64,000 nucleotides of DNA from an uncultured Chloroflexia bacterium (GTDB lineage Bacteria > Chloroflexota > Anaerolineae > Anaerolineales > UBA4823), in the NCBI GenBank assembly GCA_963726315.1, contig CAVSBZ010000005.1, positions 1,666,829 to 1,730,828 of the forward strand. Direction: 5' to 3'. Both the position numbers and the translations under genes were made by a program. This document shows positions 47,657-58,600 of this stretch, in pieces; position 1 is the first letter of the stretch, and each line of letters opens with the position of its first letter. The notes below the pieces were generated by a model, which saw only the letters and a program-made list of their open reading frames with translations, was not told the DNA's origin and ran no database searches.

Positions 47657-48820
47657 TCACTGATGCTCAGGCGCTTTGAAAAACTCGGCGATGGTATCAA
47701 CAATCCTGACCATCATGTCATCGGTCAATTCTGGGTATATTGGCAACGCTAAACTGTCTTTCGACGCTAATTCGCTGTGAGGATAATCCCCCGGTTTATA
47801 ACCCATATCCTTGAAGCATTCCTGAAGATGTAGCGGGATCGGGTAATAAATTTCATTTCCAATCCCTTGTTTTTTTAAGGAAGCAGCAAGCTCATCACGA
47901 TATTTAGTTCTGATCATATATAAATGGTAGATGTGACGCCCAAAACCGGTCTCAACAGGAAGCACGATCCCATTCTTGACGCCATATTCATCCAGTGAGA
48001 CGACAATATCATGCTGAGTGAATAATTTCTGATACAAGGCAGCGTGCAAGCGCCTGGTCTCAGTCCATTGTTCCAAGTAGCGAAATTTTACCCGCAGCAC
48101 TGCAGCCTGGATTGCATCCATCCTAAAATTTCCACCGATAAGGCGGTTGTGATATTTAGGTCGCATACCATGGTTACGCAGGAGGGAGCATTTTTCCGCC
48201 AATTCAGGGTCGTTACATGTAATTAACCCACTATCGCCATAACCACCCAGGTTTTTGGAGGGGAAGAAGCTGAAACAACCGATATCACCGATTGATCCCG
48301 CCCTTTTCCCCTTGTAATCGGCACCGATCGCCTGGCAAGCGTCTTCAATTACATAGAGTCCATATCGTTGAGCTAACTCTATAATGGGATACATGGCAGC
48401 AACCTGACCTGCCAGATGGACGGGGAGAATTGCTTTTGTATTCTTCGTGATCCTGGATTTTATTTGATCAACATTGATGTTAAATGTTGCAGGTTCTATA
48501 TCTACGTATAATGGTATTCCACCCAACCGAACGATTGACCCGGAGGTGGCGAAGAACGAGTATGGTGTGGTGATTACTTCATCACCCGGCCTAACTCCAA
48601 CAGCCATCAATGCAAGTAAAAGAGCATCAGTTCCGGATGAAACTCCATAAGCATATTTACACTGGCAATAGTCTGCCAATTCTTTTTCAAGTGCTTCAAC
48701 TTCTGGACCAAGAATGAATTGTTGGCTGTCTAACACCTGATCAATGGCAGCATGAATTTCTTCCTTAATTTTCGTATACTGCAGCTTAAGATCAAGCATA
48801 GGAATAGGTGTTGAACTCAT
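47657..48820 (-). CDS. DegT/DnrJ/EryC1/StrS aminotransferase (WbpE-like)
   Basis: QFILGPEV..LE.ELA; GTDALLLAL; FSFFPSKNLGGYGDSG (PLP lysine); NFRMDAIQAAVL. 3-nt gap to the epimerase gene. Confidence 0.9.
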   Translation of the reverse strand: MSSTPIPMLDLKLQYTKIKEEIHAAIDQVLDSQQFILGPEVEALEKELADYCQCKYAYGVSSGTDALLLALMAVGVRPGDEVITTPYSFFATSGSIVRLGGIPLYVDIEPATFNINVDQIKSRITKNTKAILPVHLAGQVAAMYPIIELAQRYGLYVIEDACQAIGADYKGKRAGSIGDIGCFSFFPSKNLGGYGDSGLITCNDPELAEKCSLLRNHGMRPKYHNRLIGGNFRMDAIQAAVLRVKFRYLEQWTETRRLHAALYQKLFTQHDIVVSLDEYGVKNGIVLPVETGFGRHIYHLYMIRTKYRDELAASLKKQGIGNEIYYPIPLHLQECFKDMGYKPGDYPHSELASKDSLALPIYPELTDDMMVRIVDTIAEFFKAPEHQ

Positions 48821-49428
48821 ATGATCGTCGGCAGAGGGGTGTCTTCAAGCCAATCCAAACACCGTAGGATTCCAGGAGTCGTCTCTTGATAAAGCCAACC
48901 TGACCCTGGACAAACAAAAATATTTTCTTCGTTAGCAGACTGTAATCGGTAGCCATGGCGACTCATCCAGCCCTTACGGACACCCGGAACTCCCAGGATT
49001 AATGCATAATCTGGTATATCTTCACGCACAACACTCCCAGCTCCAATGAACGCATAGCGACCTATCGTGACACCGCATATGATGGTGGCATTTGCGCCGA
49101 TCGTGGCACCTCGCCGGACGAGGGTCTGCTTATACTCACTCCGACGAATAATCTGGGAGCGCGGGTTGATAACGTTCGTAAAGACACAGGATGGACCACA
49201 AAAGACGTCATCTTCCAACTCGACCCCGGTATAAATCGAGACGTTATTCTGAATTTTGACGTTATTGCCAATAATTACGTCACTCCCCACCATCACATTT
49301 TGTCCTAAAATGCAGTTATCCCCAATTTTTGCACCAGACATAATATGAGAGAAATGCCAGATCTTGGTGCCTTTGCCAATACTGCAAGGCTCATCTACAT
49401 ACGAGCTTGGATGGAGAAAGTAGTCCAC
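48817..49428 (-). CDS. Left-handed beta-helix N-acetyltransferase (WbpD-like)
   Basis: Hexapeptide repeats with VFCGPSCVFTNVINPRS and GATIGANATIICGVTIGRYAFIGAGSVV. GTG start overlaps the upstream stop by 1 nt, and the 3' end overlaps the aminotransferase ATG by 4 nt. Confidence 0.85.
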   Translation of the reverse strand: MDYFLHPSSYVDEPCSIGKGTKIWHFSHIMSGAKIGDNCILGQNVMVGSDVIIGNNVKIQNNVSIYTGVELEDDVFCGPSCVFTNVINPRSQIIRRSEYKQTLVRRGATIGANATIICGVTIGRYAFIGAGSVVREDIPDYALILGVPGVRKGWMSRHGYRLQSANEENIFVCPGSGWLYQETTPGILRCLDWLEDTPLPTII

Positions 49429-50381
49429 TATATTTTTCCAACTAAGAATGGATGGATATCATCGGAAGTTTTTACGATTGGAGCTGTCCGTATACGGTAC
49501 ACTAACTCGATAGAGGGACGAACATCATCGATCCCAAATCCCTTTCCAGCCAGGGTTTCCTCATATACCCGGGTATGTAAATCGGTAAATCCTTCGGTGA
49601 ATTCGATTTCCTGACCATCAATGGTGATGGAACGATATGTACTGCGACCACCAGGAGTAACCGGAAAAGGTAAATCTCCGGAATTGATCGAGAGAAACCA
49701 GCGAACGTGAGCTCGGTCCAGATCAAGGTATCCGCTCATTCGTTCGGGATCTGAATAATTGACCTGTGTTGATATTGGACTACCGAACAACCAAATGAGT
49801 AAATCAAACAGGTGAATGCCAATATTGGTAGAGATTCCGCCGGATTTCTCGATATTTCCCTTCCACGAGGTGTGGTACCAGGCTCCACGTGCAGTCACAT
49901 AGGTTAGAACAACATCGTGCTTGCGTTTGGTATCTCCCAAATTCAATCGTTTTCGTAATTCCAACAACGCTGGGTGTAGACGTAACTGCAGGATAGTGTT
50001 GATTTTTCCGTCATACTCACGCTCAATATCCTGGAGAGCATCCAGATTCCAGGGGTTGATCACCAGTGGTTTTTCACATATGGCATTAGCATGAACTCTC
50101 AATGCCAGGCGGCAATGTGCATCGTGTAAATAATTCGGAGAACAGATGCTGACATAATGTACACGCTCGTCTTCAGGTCCACGGCGAAGCTTTTCCAGGT
50201 GCCGGTCAAATCGCTCAATCTCGTTAAAATAACGCACATCGAACGAATAATTATCGAGTAAACCGACTGAATCATTCGGATCTACGGCTGCGATCAGCCG
50301 GTTACCTGTATCCTGGATTGCTTTAAGGTGTCGTGGAGCGACATATCCGGCTACCCCAATTATGGCGAAATTAAACGGCAT
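49428..50381 (-). CDS. Gfo/Idh/MocA oxidoreductase (WbpB-like UDP-GlcNAcA 3-dehydrogenase)
   Basis: [23 protein letters not shown]...[11 protein letters not shown]...ICEKPLV...SWKG...TNIGIHLFD...[22 protein letters not shown], closely following the WbpB pattern as I remember it. Confidence 0.85.
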   Translation of the reverse strand: [317 protein letters not shown]

Positions 50382-50519
50382 GCTGATCTCCTGGGTAAAT
50401 CCAAAAATAAAGGATTGTGACTATTCTATCTTTACTAAAATGCATCGTCAATGGCAATCTTGCAGACTTAGTAATTGTGTGATATCGTACCGGGTATTCT
50501 CAAATATAGGTGACACTGA

Positions 50520-53500
50520 ATGCCAACTAAACTGAGCCGGTTTTGCTTAGGGGTGATGGAGGCTGCATGGCTGGCAGCCGTTAGTTTGATACCGATATTT
50601 TTTAACATATATTCCACCCGCATTTTTGAACCAGATAAAATAACCCTTTTACGCTCCTTGGCTTTAATAACACTGGCAGCCTGGGTAGTCAAATTGATTG
50701 ATGAAGGTGGGATCAAGTGGAAGTCAGAGATAGATGACAAATCATTTGTCAAATATTTATTGACTTATCCGCTGGTTGCTCCAGTTCTAGGTTTAATCGT
50801 TGTCTATAGTATCTCGACAATTTTCTCAGTCACACCCTCAATCAGCCTCTTTGGCTCATATCAAAGGTTGCAGGGAACATACACTACATTTTCATACCTG
50901 ATCATTTTCTTTTCAATTATTGCTAATTTACGAAAGCGTGAGCAGATCAACCGCCTGGTCACCACGGTGATTTTTACCAGTCTACCGATATCATTCTATG
51001 GGTTCTTACAAAAATATGATATAGACCCGATTCCCTGGGGCGGAAATGTTCAAATAAGAATTGCCGCCAATATGGGGAATTCAATATTTGTGGCAGCTTA
51101 TATGATCATGGTATTTCCACTAACCATAGGCAGAATAATCGAATCGTTCAGGTCAATCCTTAATGATGGATCGGGAGAAGTTAAAGCGATCAATAGTGTA
51201 AAACAGATTATTCGGGGATCAATTTACTTATTTATTTCCGTGCTTCAACTAATCACAATATACTGGAGTGGTAGCCGTGGACCACTGCTTGGATTATTAG
51301 CAGGTAGCTACATTATGGTTTTGTTATTATCTTTATACGGGCGTCAACGTTGGCTGACGTTTACAGCTATTGGTCTGGCAATCATTGGTGCGATATTTTT
51401 AGTGGTATTTAACTTGAGCGGCGGTCCTCTTGATGCATTACGAAAATCACCCGCTATTGGCAGGTTTGGTAACTTGCTTAATCCTGAAAGTAACAGTGCT
51501 CTGGTCCGCCAATATATTTGGGAGGGCACGGTTAAGCTGGTTGGGGTTCATGCTCCTTTAAAATTCCCAGATGGTAGCACCGATAAATTCAACTTATTGC
51601 GACCGTTGATTGGTTATGGTCCAGAATTGATGTACGTTGCGTATAACCAGTATTACCAACCTGAACTGGGTCAGGTCGAAAAAAGAAATGCTTCTCCGGA
51701 CCGGGCTCACAATGAGACCTGGGATTCGATTGTGATCACAGGTTTATTAGGGCTCATGGTTTATTTATCCATCTTCAGTGCTGTTTTTTATTATGGATTA
51801 AAGTGGCTCGGCTTGATCAATTCAAGACTAAACAAGATATTCTTTCTTATATGCCTTATTTGTGGTGGGATATTTGGTGCGTTAACTTTGATCCTCCTGA
51901 AAGGAACCGAGTTTTTAGGTGTAGGATTGCCTTTTGGGATGATTATTGGGGTCGTAATATATCTTTCGCTTTACGCATTATTTACTCCAGTCGATGGAGA
52001 AGAAATTAGCAATAAAAATCCTTATGCGTTGTTGCTGATCGTCCTATTTTCAGCTATCGTTGGACATTTTGTGGAGATCAATTTTGGGATTGCTATCGTT
52101 GCTACGCGGACTCTTTTTTGGACCTTTTCAGGATTAATTCTGGTGATAGGGTTCGTCCTTCCAAAAATGAACACACCAGAACCAGCACCGATACTCACTG
52201 AAAATATACCTGAAACGAAAAATGTCCCCGCTGGGAGGCGAAAAGATCGGGGATCAATACGTTCGACCCGTAGAACCGAACGTAGTAAGCGACTTTTTAT
52301 CGATAATCAACCTGGTTGGGTACGGACTGCATTGATAGGGTCTTTGATCGTGGGAATGATCCTGGCAACCCTCGGGTTTGATTATATAACCAACTCAGAT
52401 CACTCCAAATCATTTTTGAGCATTATCGTAACATCGCTAACTATCCTAAATAATAAGGATGGGATATTTTTCCCAGGAATCCTTGCTTTGCTCCTTGGGA
52501 CATGGTTATTCGGATCAATGCTTTTTTCTGCTGAAATTGATGATGAACAAGATGGTTTTACCTGGATAAAATCTTTGGGATTAATGGCAATCATCGCTAT
52601 TGTAATCGGGATTACATTTTGGGTCATTCACAGTCTGAGTCTGGCAGCATTGGAAGCATTCGTTCCAAAAGTTCAGAGTGACGTCATTACCGAGGTGAAT
52701 AGCATCGGTTCATTACTGACTAGGTATTATGTTTTTATTCTACTGGTAATAGGGCTGCTTGCATTTATCTTACCGAACGAATGGCCTGCCAGGAATTATG
52801 CTCCCACTTATGTTAGCATAATCATGGCTCCGATTACATTACTTCTAATTTTCTGGATTGCCTTCTCATCAAATCTAAAGGTAATTCATGCAGATATCAC
52901 GTTCAAATTAACGGAGTCATTTACCCAAAGTGGTCAATGGCAGGTGGCGACGTTTCTGTATAAATACGCCAACAAACTTGCTCCAAAAGAGGACCATTAT
53001 TACCTGTTCCTTGGAAGGAGTTACCTGGAACAAGCCAAAATTACCAAGGATACTGCTGACCAGGATAAACTTATATTACAGGCTGAAAGTGACTTGAAAG
53101 AAGCTCAGTCGATCAATCCACTCAATACGGATCATACCGCTAATCTGGCGCGCTTATTCACCTGGTGGTCTGGAAAAGCCACCACAACTGAGTTACGGAA
53201 TCAACGTGCTCAGAAAGCATCAGATTATTATGCCACTGCAGTTCAGCTAAGCCCCAACAATTCTACGCTATGGGATGAGTGGGCTGTGTTATACATGCAA
53301 TTGCTTGGTCAACCAGACCAGGCGCTGCAGCGGTTGCAGCACGCAATGGGCTTGGATGATAAATTTAACTTCACTCAAGGTTTGATGGGTGATTATTACG
53401 TCAAGCTGGCTAACGCCTCGGCAGATACTGCTACAAAACTTCAAGCACTACAAACAGCTGCTGATTATTACAAGACAGCCATAGATGTTTCAAAATATAC

Positions 53501-53810
53501 TGATACCAATACGAAAGCTAGCTATTTGGTTACGTTGAGCAACGTCTACGTCCAAATGGCAAGGCTTAATCCAGATAATGTAGATTCCAGCCTGTTACAG
53601 AAGGCAGTAAATGTCTTGGAACAATCGATTAAAGCAGGCCTGGGTGTAAACGATCTTTGGAAGGTTCAAGAGGCACTTGCCAAACTGTATTTCCAGCTAG
53701 GCGATAAAATTAATTCTCAGTATTACGCAGCCCTGGCACTCGCTGGAGCTCCTTCATCAGCGGTTAATCGAATTCAAGATTTAATTACTCAGACTCAATC
53801 GCTGCCATAA
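50520..53810 (+). CDS. Very large polytopic membrane protein with an O-antigen ligase/polymerase-like (Wzy_C) core and C-terminal TPR repeats
   Basis: 1096 aa with more than 15 predicted TM helices. Wzy_C-like YWSGSRGPLLGLLAG motif. The last ~300 aa are helical TPR-like repeats (LGRSYLEQAK..., YYATAVQLSPNNSTLW...). Confidence 0.7.
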   Translation: MPTKLSRFCLGVMEAAWLAAVSLIPIFFNIYSTRIFEPDKITLLRSLALITLAAWVVKLIDEGGIKWKSEIDDKSFVKYLLTYPLVAPVLGLIVVYSISTIFSVTPSISLFGSYQRLQGTYTTFSYLIIFFSIIANLRKREQINRLVTTVIFTSLPISFYGFLQKYDIDPIPWGGNVQIRIAANMGNSIFVAAYMIMVFPLTIGRIIESFRSILNDGSGEVKAINSVKQIIRGSIYLFISVLQLITIYWSGSRGPLLGLLAGSYIMVLLLSLYGRQRWLTFTAIGLAIIGAIFLVVFNLSGGPLDALRKSPAIGRFGNLLNPESNSALVRQYIWEGTVKLVGVHAPLKFPDGSTDKFNLLRPLIGYGPELMYVAYNQYYQPELGQVEKRNASPDRAHNETWDSIVITGLLGLMVYLSIFSAVFYYGLKWLGLINSRLNKIFFLICLICGGIFGALTLILLKGTEFLGVGLPFGMIIGVVIYLSLYALFTPVDGEEISNKNPYALLLIVLFSAIVGHFVEINFGIAIVATRTLFWTFSGLILVIGFVLPKMNTPEPAPILTENIPETKNVPAGRRKDRGSIRSTRRTERSKRLFIDNQPGWVRTALIGSLIVGMILATLGFDYITNSDHSKSFLSIIVTSLTILNNKDGIFFPGILALLLGTWLFGSMLFSAEIDDEQDGFTWIKSLGLMAIIAIVIGITFWVIHSLSLAALEAFVPKVQSDVITEVNSIGSLLTRYYVFILLVIGLLAFILPNEWPARNYAPTYVSIIMAPITLLLIFWIAFSSNLKVIHADITFKLTESFTQSGQWQVATFLYKYANKLAPKEDHYYLFLGRSYLEQAKITKDTADQDKLILQAESDLKEAQSINPLNTDHTANLARLFTWWSGKATTTELRNQRAQKASDYYATAVQLSPNNSTLWDEWAVLYMQLLGQPDQALQRLQHAMGLDDKFNFTQGLMGDYYVKLANASADTATKLQALQTAADYYKTAIDVSKYTDTNTKASYLVTLSNVYVQMARLNPDNVDSSLLQKAVNVLEQSIKAGLGVNDLWKVQEALAKLYFQLGDKINSQYYAALALAGAPSSAVNRIQDLITQTQSLP

Positions 53811-53835
53811 GCAGGAAGACAGCGGAGGACGACGA

Positions 53836-55635
53836 ATGACTTACGTCGTACTTTTTCCACTGATTATTGCATTCATCACCAGCTTGATTTTAGTTCCGGC
53901 GGTTCGTTGGTTATGCTTCAAGACCGGTCACGTAGCGATACCGCGCGCCGATCGATGGCACCGACAACCGACTCCAACCCTTGGTGGAATCGGAATGTTC
54001 CTTGCGTTTGGATTGGCTCTAGTAGCGGTATTTATTTTCGGTTCGGATAAGAATATATTTGTTACTCGCTGGAGCATCATGGTAGCCGTCGTAATTATGT
54101 TCTCTGTTGGACTTTATGACGATTTTAAGCATATAAGTCCACCAGTAAAGTTAATTTTCCAAATTTTAGCCGCAACAATTGTCATATTTTTTGGAAATAT
54201 TACGATTGAATTCTTCCGATGGCCAATTGCGAATATCTTGCTGACGTTCTTTTGGCTGGTAGGGATCACAAACGCGATCAACCTGCTTGATAACATGGAT
54301 GGCCTGGCAGGTGGAGTGGCGTTGATCACCGCTGGATTTCTATCGATATTTTTTTGGCGAACTGGTTATCCTGAATTGTTGGTTTTATCATTAGCGCTGT
54401 GCGGAAGTATCCTTGGTTTCCTGGTGTTTAATTTTCCACCCGCCAAGATATTCATGGGTGATAGCGGGAGTATGTTCCTAGGATTTACCCTGGCGGTACT
54501 AGCAATCGCCCGTCATACCCAAGCATCAAATATTTTTGCCATCATCGGCGTACCCACGCTGGTATTATTACTGCCAATTCTGGATACAGGTCTCGTCTCG
54601 ATTACGCGTATCCTGCGAGGGCAGTCACCCACTGTAGGTGGAAAAGACCATACTTCCCACCGTCTGGTGGCTTTCGGGTTTTCCGAGCGCCAGGCTGTGT
54701 TGGTGCTTTATGGTATTGCCATTGTCTCCGGTTTGGCATCAATCGGGCTAGAGGCTTTGGATTATGACCTTAGTTTGGTGCTCATCCCTATACTTCTGAT
54801 CGTACTATCGCTGTTTGTGGCTTACCTTGCCAGAATGAAGATGGTCACCGACGCCCAGGACCAAACGAATGGAATAACTCGCTGGATAATAAATCTGACT
54901 TTTAAACGCAGGATATTTGAGCTAATCTTCGATCTATTACTGATTGGGGTGAGCTATTATCTGGCATTTTGGACACGGTTTGGTCTCAATATGACTGCCG
55001 AAAGTATGAATCTTTTCCTGCAATCATGGCCAATCGTGTTGGGGATAACCTATTTGGCATTATTTTTCTTTGGGGTCTATCGAGGCATGTGGAAATATAT
55101 AGGAATTAATGATCTTTTGCGATATGCTGGAGCAGCGATGGTTTCGGGGGGAATGTCATGGGTGGTGATCAACCTGATCTTTCCAACCCAACCGTATACC
55201 GGCGATGTATTTTTATTGTATATCCTGTACTTGCTTATTGGCCTCTCCGCTTCGCGTTCATCTTTTTTAATTTTAGACAGGTTGTATAACCGAAGTTTTT
55301 CGAACAAACAAAAAGAAAATGTTCTCTTATATGGTGCTGAGGATGCAGGTGAAATTGCCCTACGATGGATCCAGAGAAATCCATCCATTGGATATTCTGT
55401 GGTCGGTTTTTTGGATGATGATTCATTAAAATGGGGAAGCAATATCCATGGCGTCAGTATACTGGGTGATCTATCTAAACTTGAGCAATTTATTCAAGAT
55501 AAGCAAGTGACTGGTGTTATTGCCTCCACCGACAATTTGCTGCACTCGCCTGGGGGAGAAATATTAGTCTCGACATGCCGCTCGAAAGGAGTGTGGGTGC
55601 GAGTGCTGCACTTGGAATTCGAACTAACAGAGTAA
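53836..55635 (+). CDS. Polyprenyl-phosphate HexNAc-1-phosphate transferase (WecA/MraY GT4 family) with an extra C-terminal membrane plus Rossmann-like module
   Basis: NAINLLDNMDGLAGG and FMGDSGSMFLGF motifs in the first ~330 aa. The rest (YRGMWKYIGINDLLR, 4 TM helices, LLYGAEDAGEIA, VVGFLDDD) resembles the N-terminal region of PglF/WbaP-type proteins. Confidence 0.8.
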   Translation: MTYVVLFPLIIAFITSLILVPAVRWLCFKTGHVAIPRADRWHRQPTPTLGGIGMFLAFGLALVAVFIFGSDKNIFVTRWSIMVAVVIMFSVGLYDDFKHISPPVKLIFQILAATIVIFFGNITIEFFRWPIANILLTFFWLVGITNAINLLDNMDGLAGGVALITAGFLSIFFWRTGYPELLVLSLALCGSILGFLVFNFPPAKIFMGDSGSMFLGFTLAVLAIARHTQASNIFAIIGVPTLVLLLPILDTGLVSITRILRGQSPTVGGKDHTSHRLVAFGFSERQAVLVLYGIAIVSGLASIGLEALDYDLSLVLIPILLIVLSLFVAYLARMKMVTDAQDQTNGITRWIINLTFKRRIFELIFDLLLIGVSYYLAFWTRFGLNMTAESMNLFLQSWPIVLGITYLALFFFGVYRGMWKYIGINDLLRYAGAAMVSGGMSWVVINLIFPTQPYTGDVFLLYILYLLIGLSASRSSFLILDRLYNRSFSNKQKENVLLYGAEDAGEIALRWIQRNPSIGYSVVGFLDDDSLKWGSNIHGVSILGDLSKLEQFIQDKQVTGVIASTDNLLHSPGGEILVSTCRSKGVWVRVLHLEFELTE

Positions 55636-55670
55636 AAAATCGGGCGGTGCTCAGCACCGCCCGATTTTTT
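55634..55670. terminator. Bidirectional rho-independent terminator between convergent genes
   Basis: A6-T-CGGGCGGTGC-TCA-GCACCGCCCG-A-T6: a perfect 10-bp GC-rich stem flanked by an A-run and a T-run. Confidence 0.8.
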
Positions 55671-55686
55671 ATTTATGGACCAATCG

Positions 55687-58600
55687 TTAGTGCTTTTGAA
55701 CGAGTGGTAGGTAGTAATTATAGAGGATCATAGTATCGACCGTAGATGTGTTGTTAGTCAGGTCGGGATCAACTACATATCCAGAAGAGACTTCCGCAGT
55801 ATTTTCGGCGATACCACTTTCCACCGCAGTTACGACGATGGTGAGAGTGACACTCTCATCCATTGCGAGATCACCGATATCACAAGTGACCACACCATCA
55901 AGCTCGGTGCAGCCTTCGCTGGCAGACACAAATGTTACGAGTTCTGGCAGCATATCCACTAACGTGACACCGATGGCATCATCACCTCCAGCGTTGCTGA
56001 TCACCAGGGTGTAGGTGATCGTGTCGCCCAAACTCACGACATCAGCATTAGCGGTTTTAACCACTGAGAGATCAGAGTCCAGAGGATTCACAGTAAGCGT
56101 TACTGGCAGTAGAACCTCCGGTGTATCTGGATCGTTACTTGCGATGGTGATGTCAGCGTCGTAAACATCGGGCAAGAGACCTGTTGAATCGAACGTGGCA
56201 ACTACATCAATTGATTCACCAGGCAGGAGTGTACCAGAGGTTGGAAGTAAACTCAACCAGGTTGCACCCTCAGTAGCGTCCCAGGTCAAATCTGCCCCAC
56301 CAAGGTTCTCAATGGTGAAGTTGAGTGTATCAACCTCATTGGGGAAGAGTACCATGTCAAGTGAATCTGGAGTGACTGAGATATCAGGTGCAACCACGTT
56401 CAACGTTACCGGTACAGCCACGATTGGCTCATCGGGGTCATTGCTGGCAATATCCAGGAAGCCCGAATAAGTGCCATATCCAAGACCTGTCGAGTCAAAT
56501 GTGACATTGACGATCGCGCAGTCTCCAGGAAGTACAGAGCCTTCGGTTGGAGCTTCACTCACCCAAGGAAGTACATCCTCGCCAGATACGCCATATCCAC
56601 GGACCATCCAGTTGCCAGGGAAGTAATCGTCAATCAGTACCCAGCTGGCATCGGGAGGCAGTAGTGGAGGATCGGGTGGAGGCATAACATTCCACCAACC
56701 GGCCCAGGACCGTTGCTGAGTGACCGTCTGGTCGATCGAGGCTGGCCAGTAGCTTGAACCTGGTACTTCCAGTCCGATCACACCAATGATCGCATCGCCA
56801 GTCGGACCACTGAACCCGACTGGAGCTGGGAGTGTATAGACGTTCCAGGTATCCAGTGCCTGGACGGTGGTAAGATAACCACCCAGGTAATTGGAACCAG
56901 GAGCGGGATCAAACCCACCGACGGTGTTCTCGTAGAAGACGATTTTGATATCATCACCGACGTTGACCAGTCCTTGAGCACTGAAGTAAATCCATACTTC
57001 ATTGATCTGGAATGGGAAGTCTGAGGCATTCGGTGTAAAGCGGTTTACCCAGATGAATTCCTGGAGTCCGCCAATGCCGATATCATTGTCACGACTGCCG
57101 TCATCCAGTACCAGGGCAACATCACCATTTGGAGCCTTTGGTGCCGGACCAGTTGGGCCAGCAATTCCATTTGCATCCAGGGCTAAAGTAACGGGATGCG
57201 ATGGCTTGGCTCCTGCAGGGATTGTAGTCACAGAATTGACCTTCATCCCAAGTGCTTCAGTGAGTGTCCAGTCCAATGGTGACTGACCAACATTGCAGAC
57301 GTTGAGATCCTGCGATTGTTGCTGATCGGGGGGCAGGTCGGCCGTCAGGGAGGTCGGATCAACTGCGATATCTGGTGATTCGAGCACGTTCAGTGCAACA
57401 TCCACGGGCACTACGGGTGTATCAGGATCATTGCTGTTTACATCCAATTCACCTGTATAAAGACCGGGGATCAAGCCAGCCGAGTTAAAGCTGACATCGA
57501 CGAATGTGCAGGAGAATGGCGCGACTGAACCAGCCTCGGGAGCTTCATCCAGCCAGGGGATACCTTCACTCACTCCGATGGTTCCAAGAAGCTGTAACGA
57601 TTGTTCATAACCATCGGGGAAATTCCAGATCACACCCGGGGTTTCTTCTGCCCAGACTGAGTCGAAGCCACCTCGACCTTCAGTATCAACGTTACCAGTT
57701 TCCCAGAAGAAGTCATCTGGAGCGGCAGTGTTGAAGATTTCGATCCAATAGATCCCTGCAGGTAGGTTGACTGGTGTTGCGAAGGTCAGGGTATGTTGCC
57801 ATTCGTGCACACCGAAGAGCATCACACCCGTTTCGAAGCGTGTATAGGCAACATTGTTCTCGTCATAGACTACCGCACCGGGCAGACCACCTAAATCCTC
57901 GTGGAAAAGAACCCGGAATGTGTCGGGGTTCATTTCTGTATCTGACGGGTAGTAGCCAGACCAGAAAATGACCTGTTCTATGACACCATCAGCTTCGAAT
58001 GTAAAGTTATCAGCGACACTCTGCATACCGGTGGGGCAAAGGGCACAAGTTGTATCAACAAATATACCGTTTACCTGATTGGGTACTTGATTCAAGAGAA
58101 TGTCAGCAGTAGGAGCTGTTGGGGTACGAGTAATCGCTGGATCACGGGTTACATTCGCTGGCTTATTGATCGCAGCAGCCTGTTTCGAAGATGGAGCTGG
58201 TGTTACCGAAGTTACCTTCATTCCAGGCACCTCGGTCAGAGACCAATCCAATTGAGATGGGCCTTCGTTACAGATCTGTAGCTGCTGTGTCGTGATTGTG
58301 TCGGGAGGTTGTTCCGCTAATAGTGATAGCGGGCTGACCACAATATCCGGAGCAAATGAGCAATAGACATTGGTGTCGGCCGTGGCGAACACATCAGGGT
58401 TACCTTCCGAAGATACCACAGCTGTATTGCTAACGACGACAGGACATTCAAGGCCAGAAGTAGCCTGGAAGTTGATCGTCACAGCACTGGTTGGGCCGCA
58501 GCTCGGGATGGAAGCTTGAGGATTGATCGATTGGTCGCAGGCGTCATACCCGGCAGGAGTGTATACATCACTGCTGCATGGGTGATCAGGCGGGCTGCCA

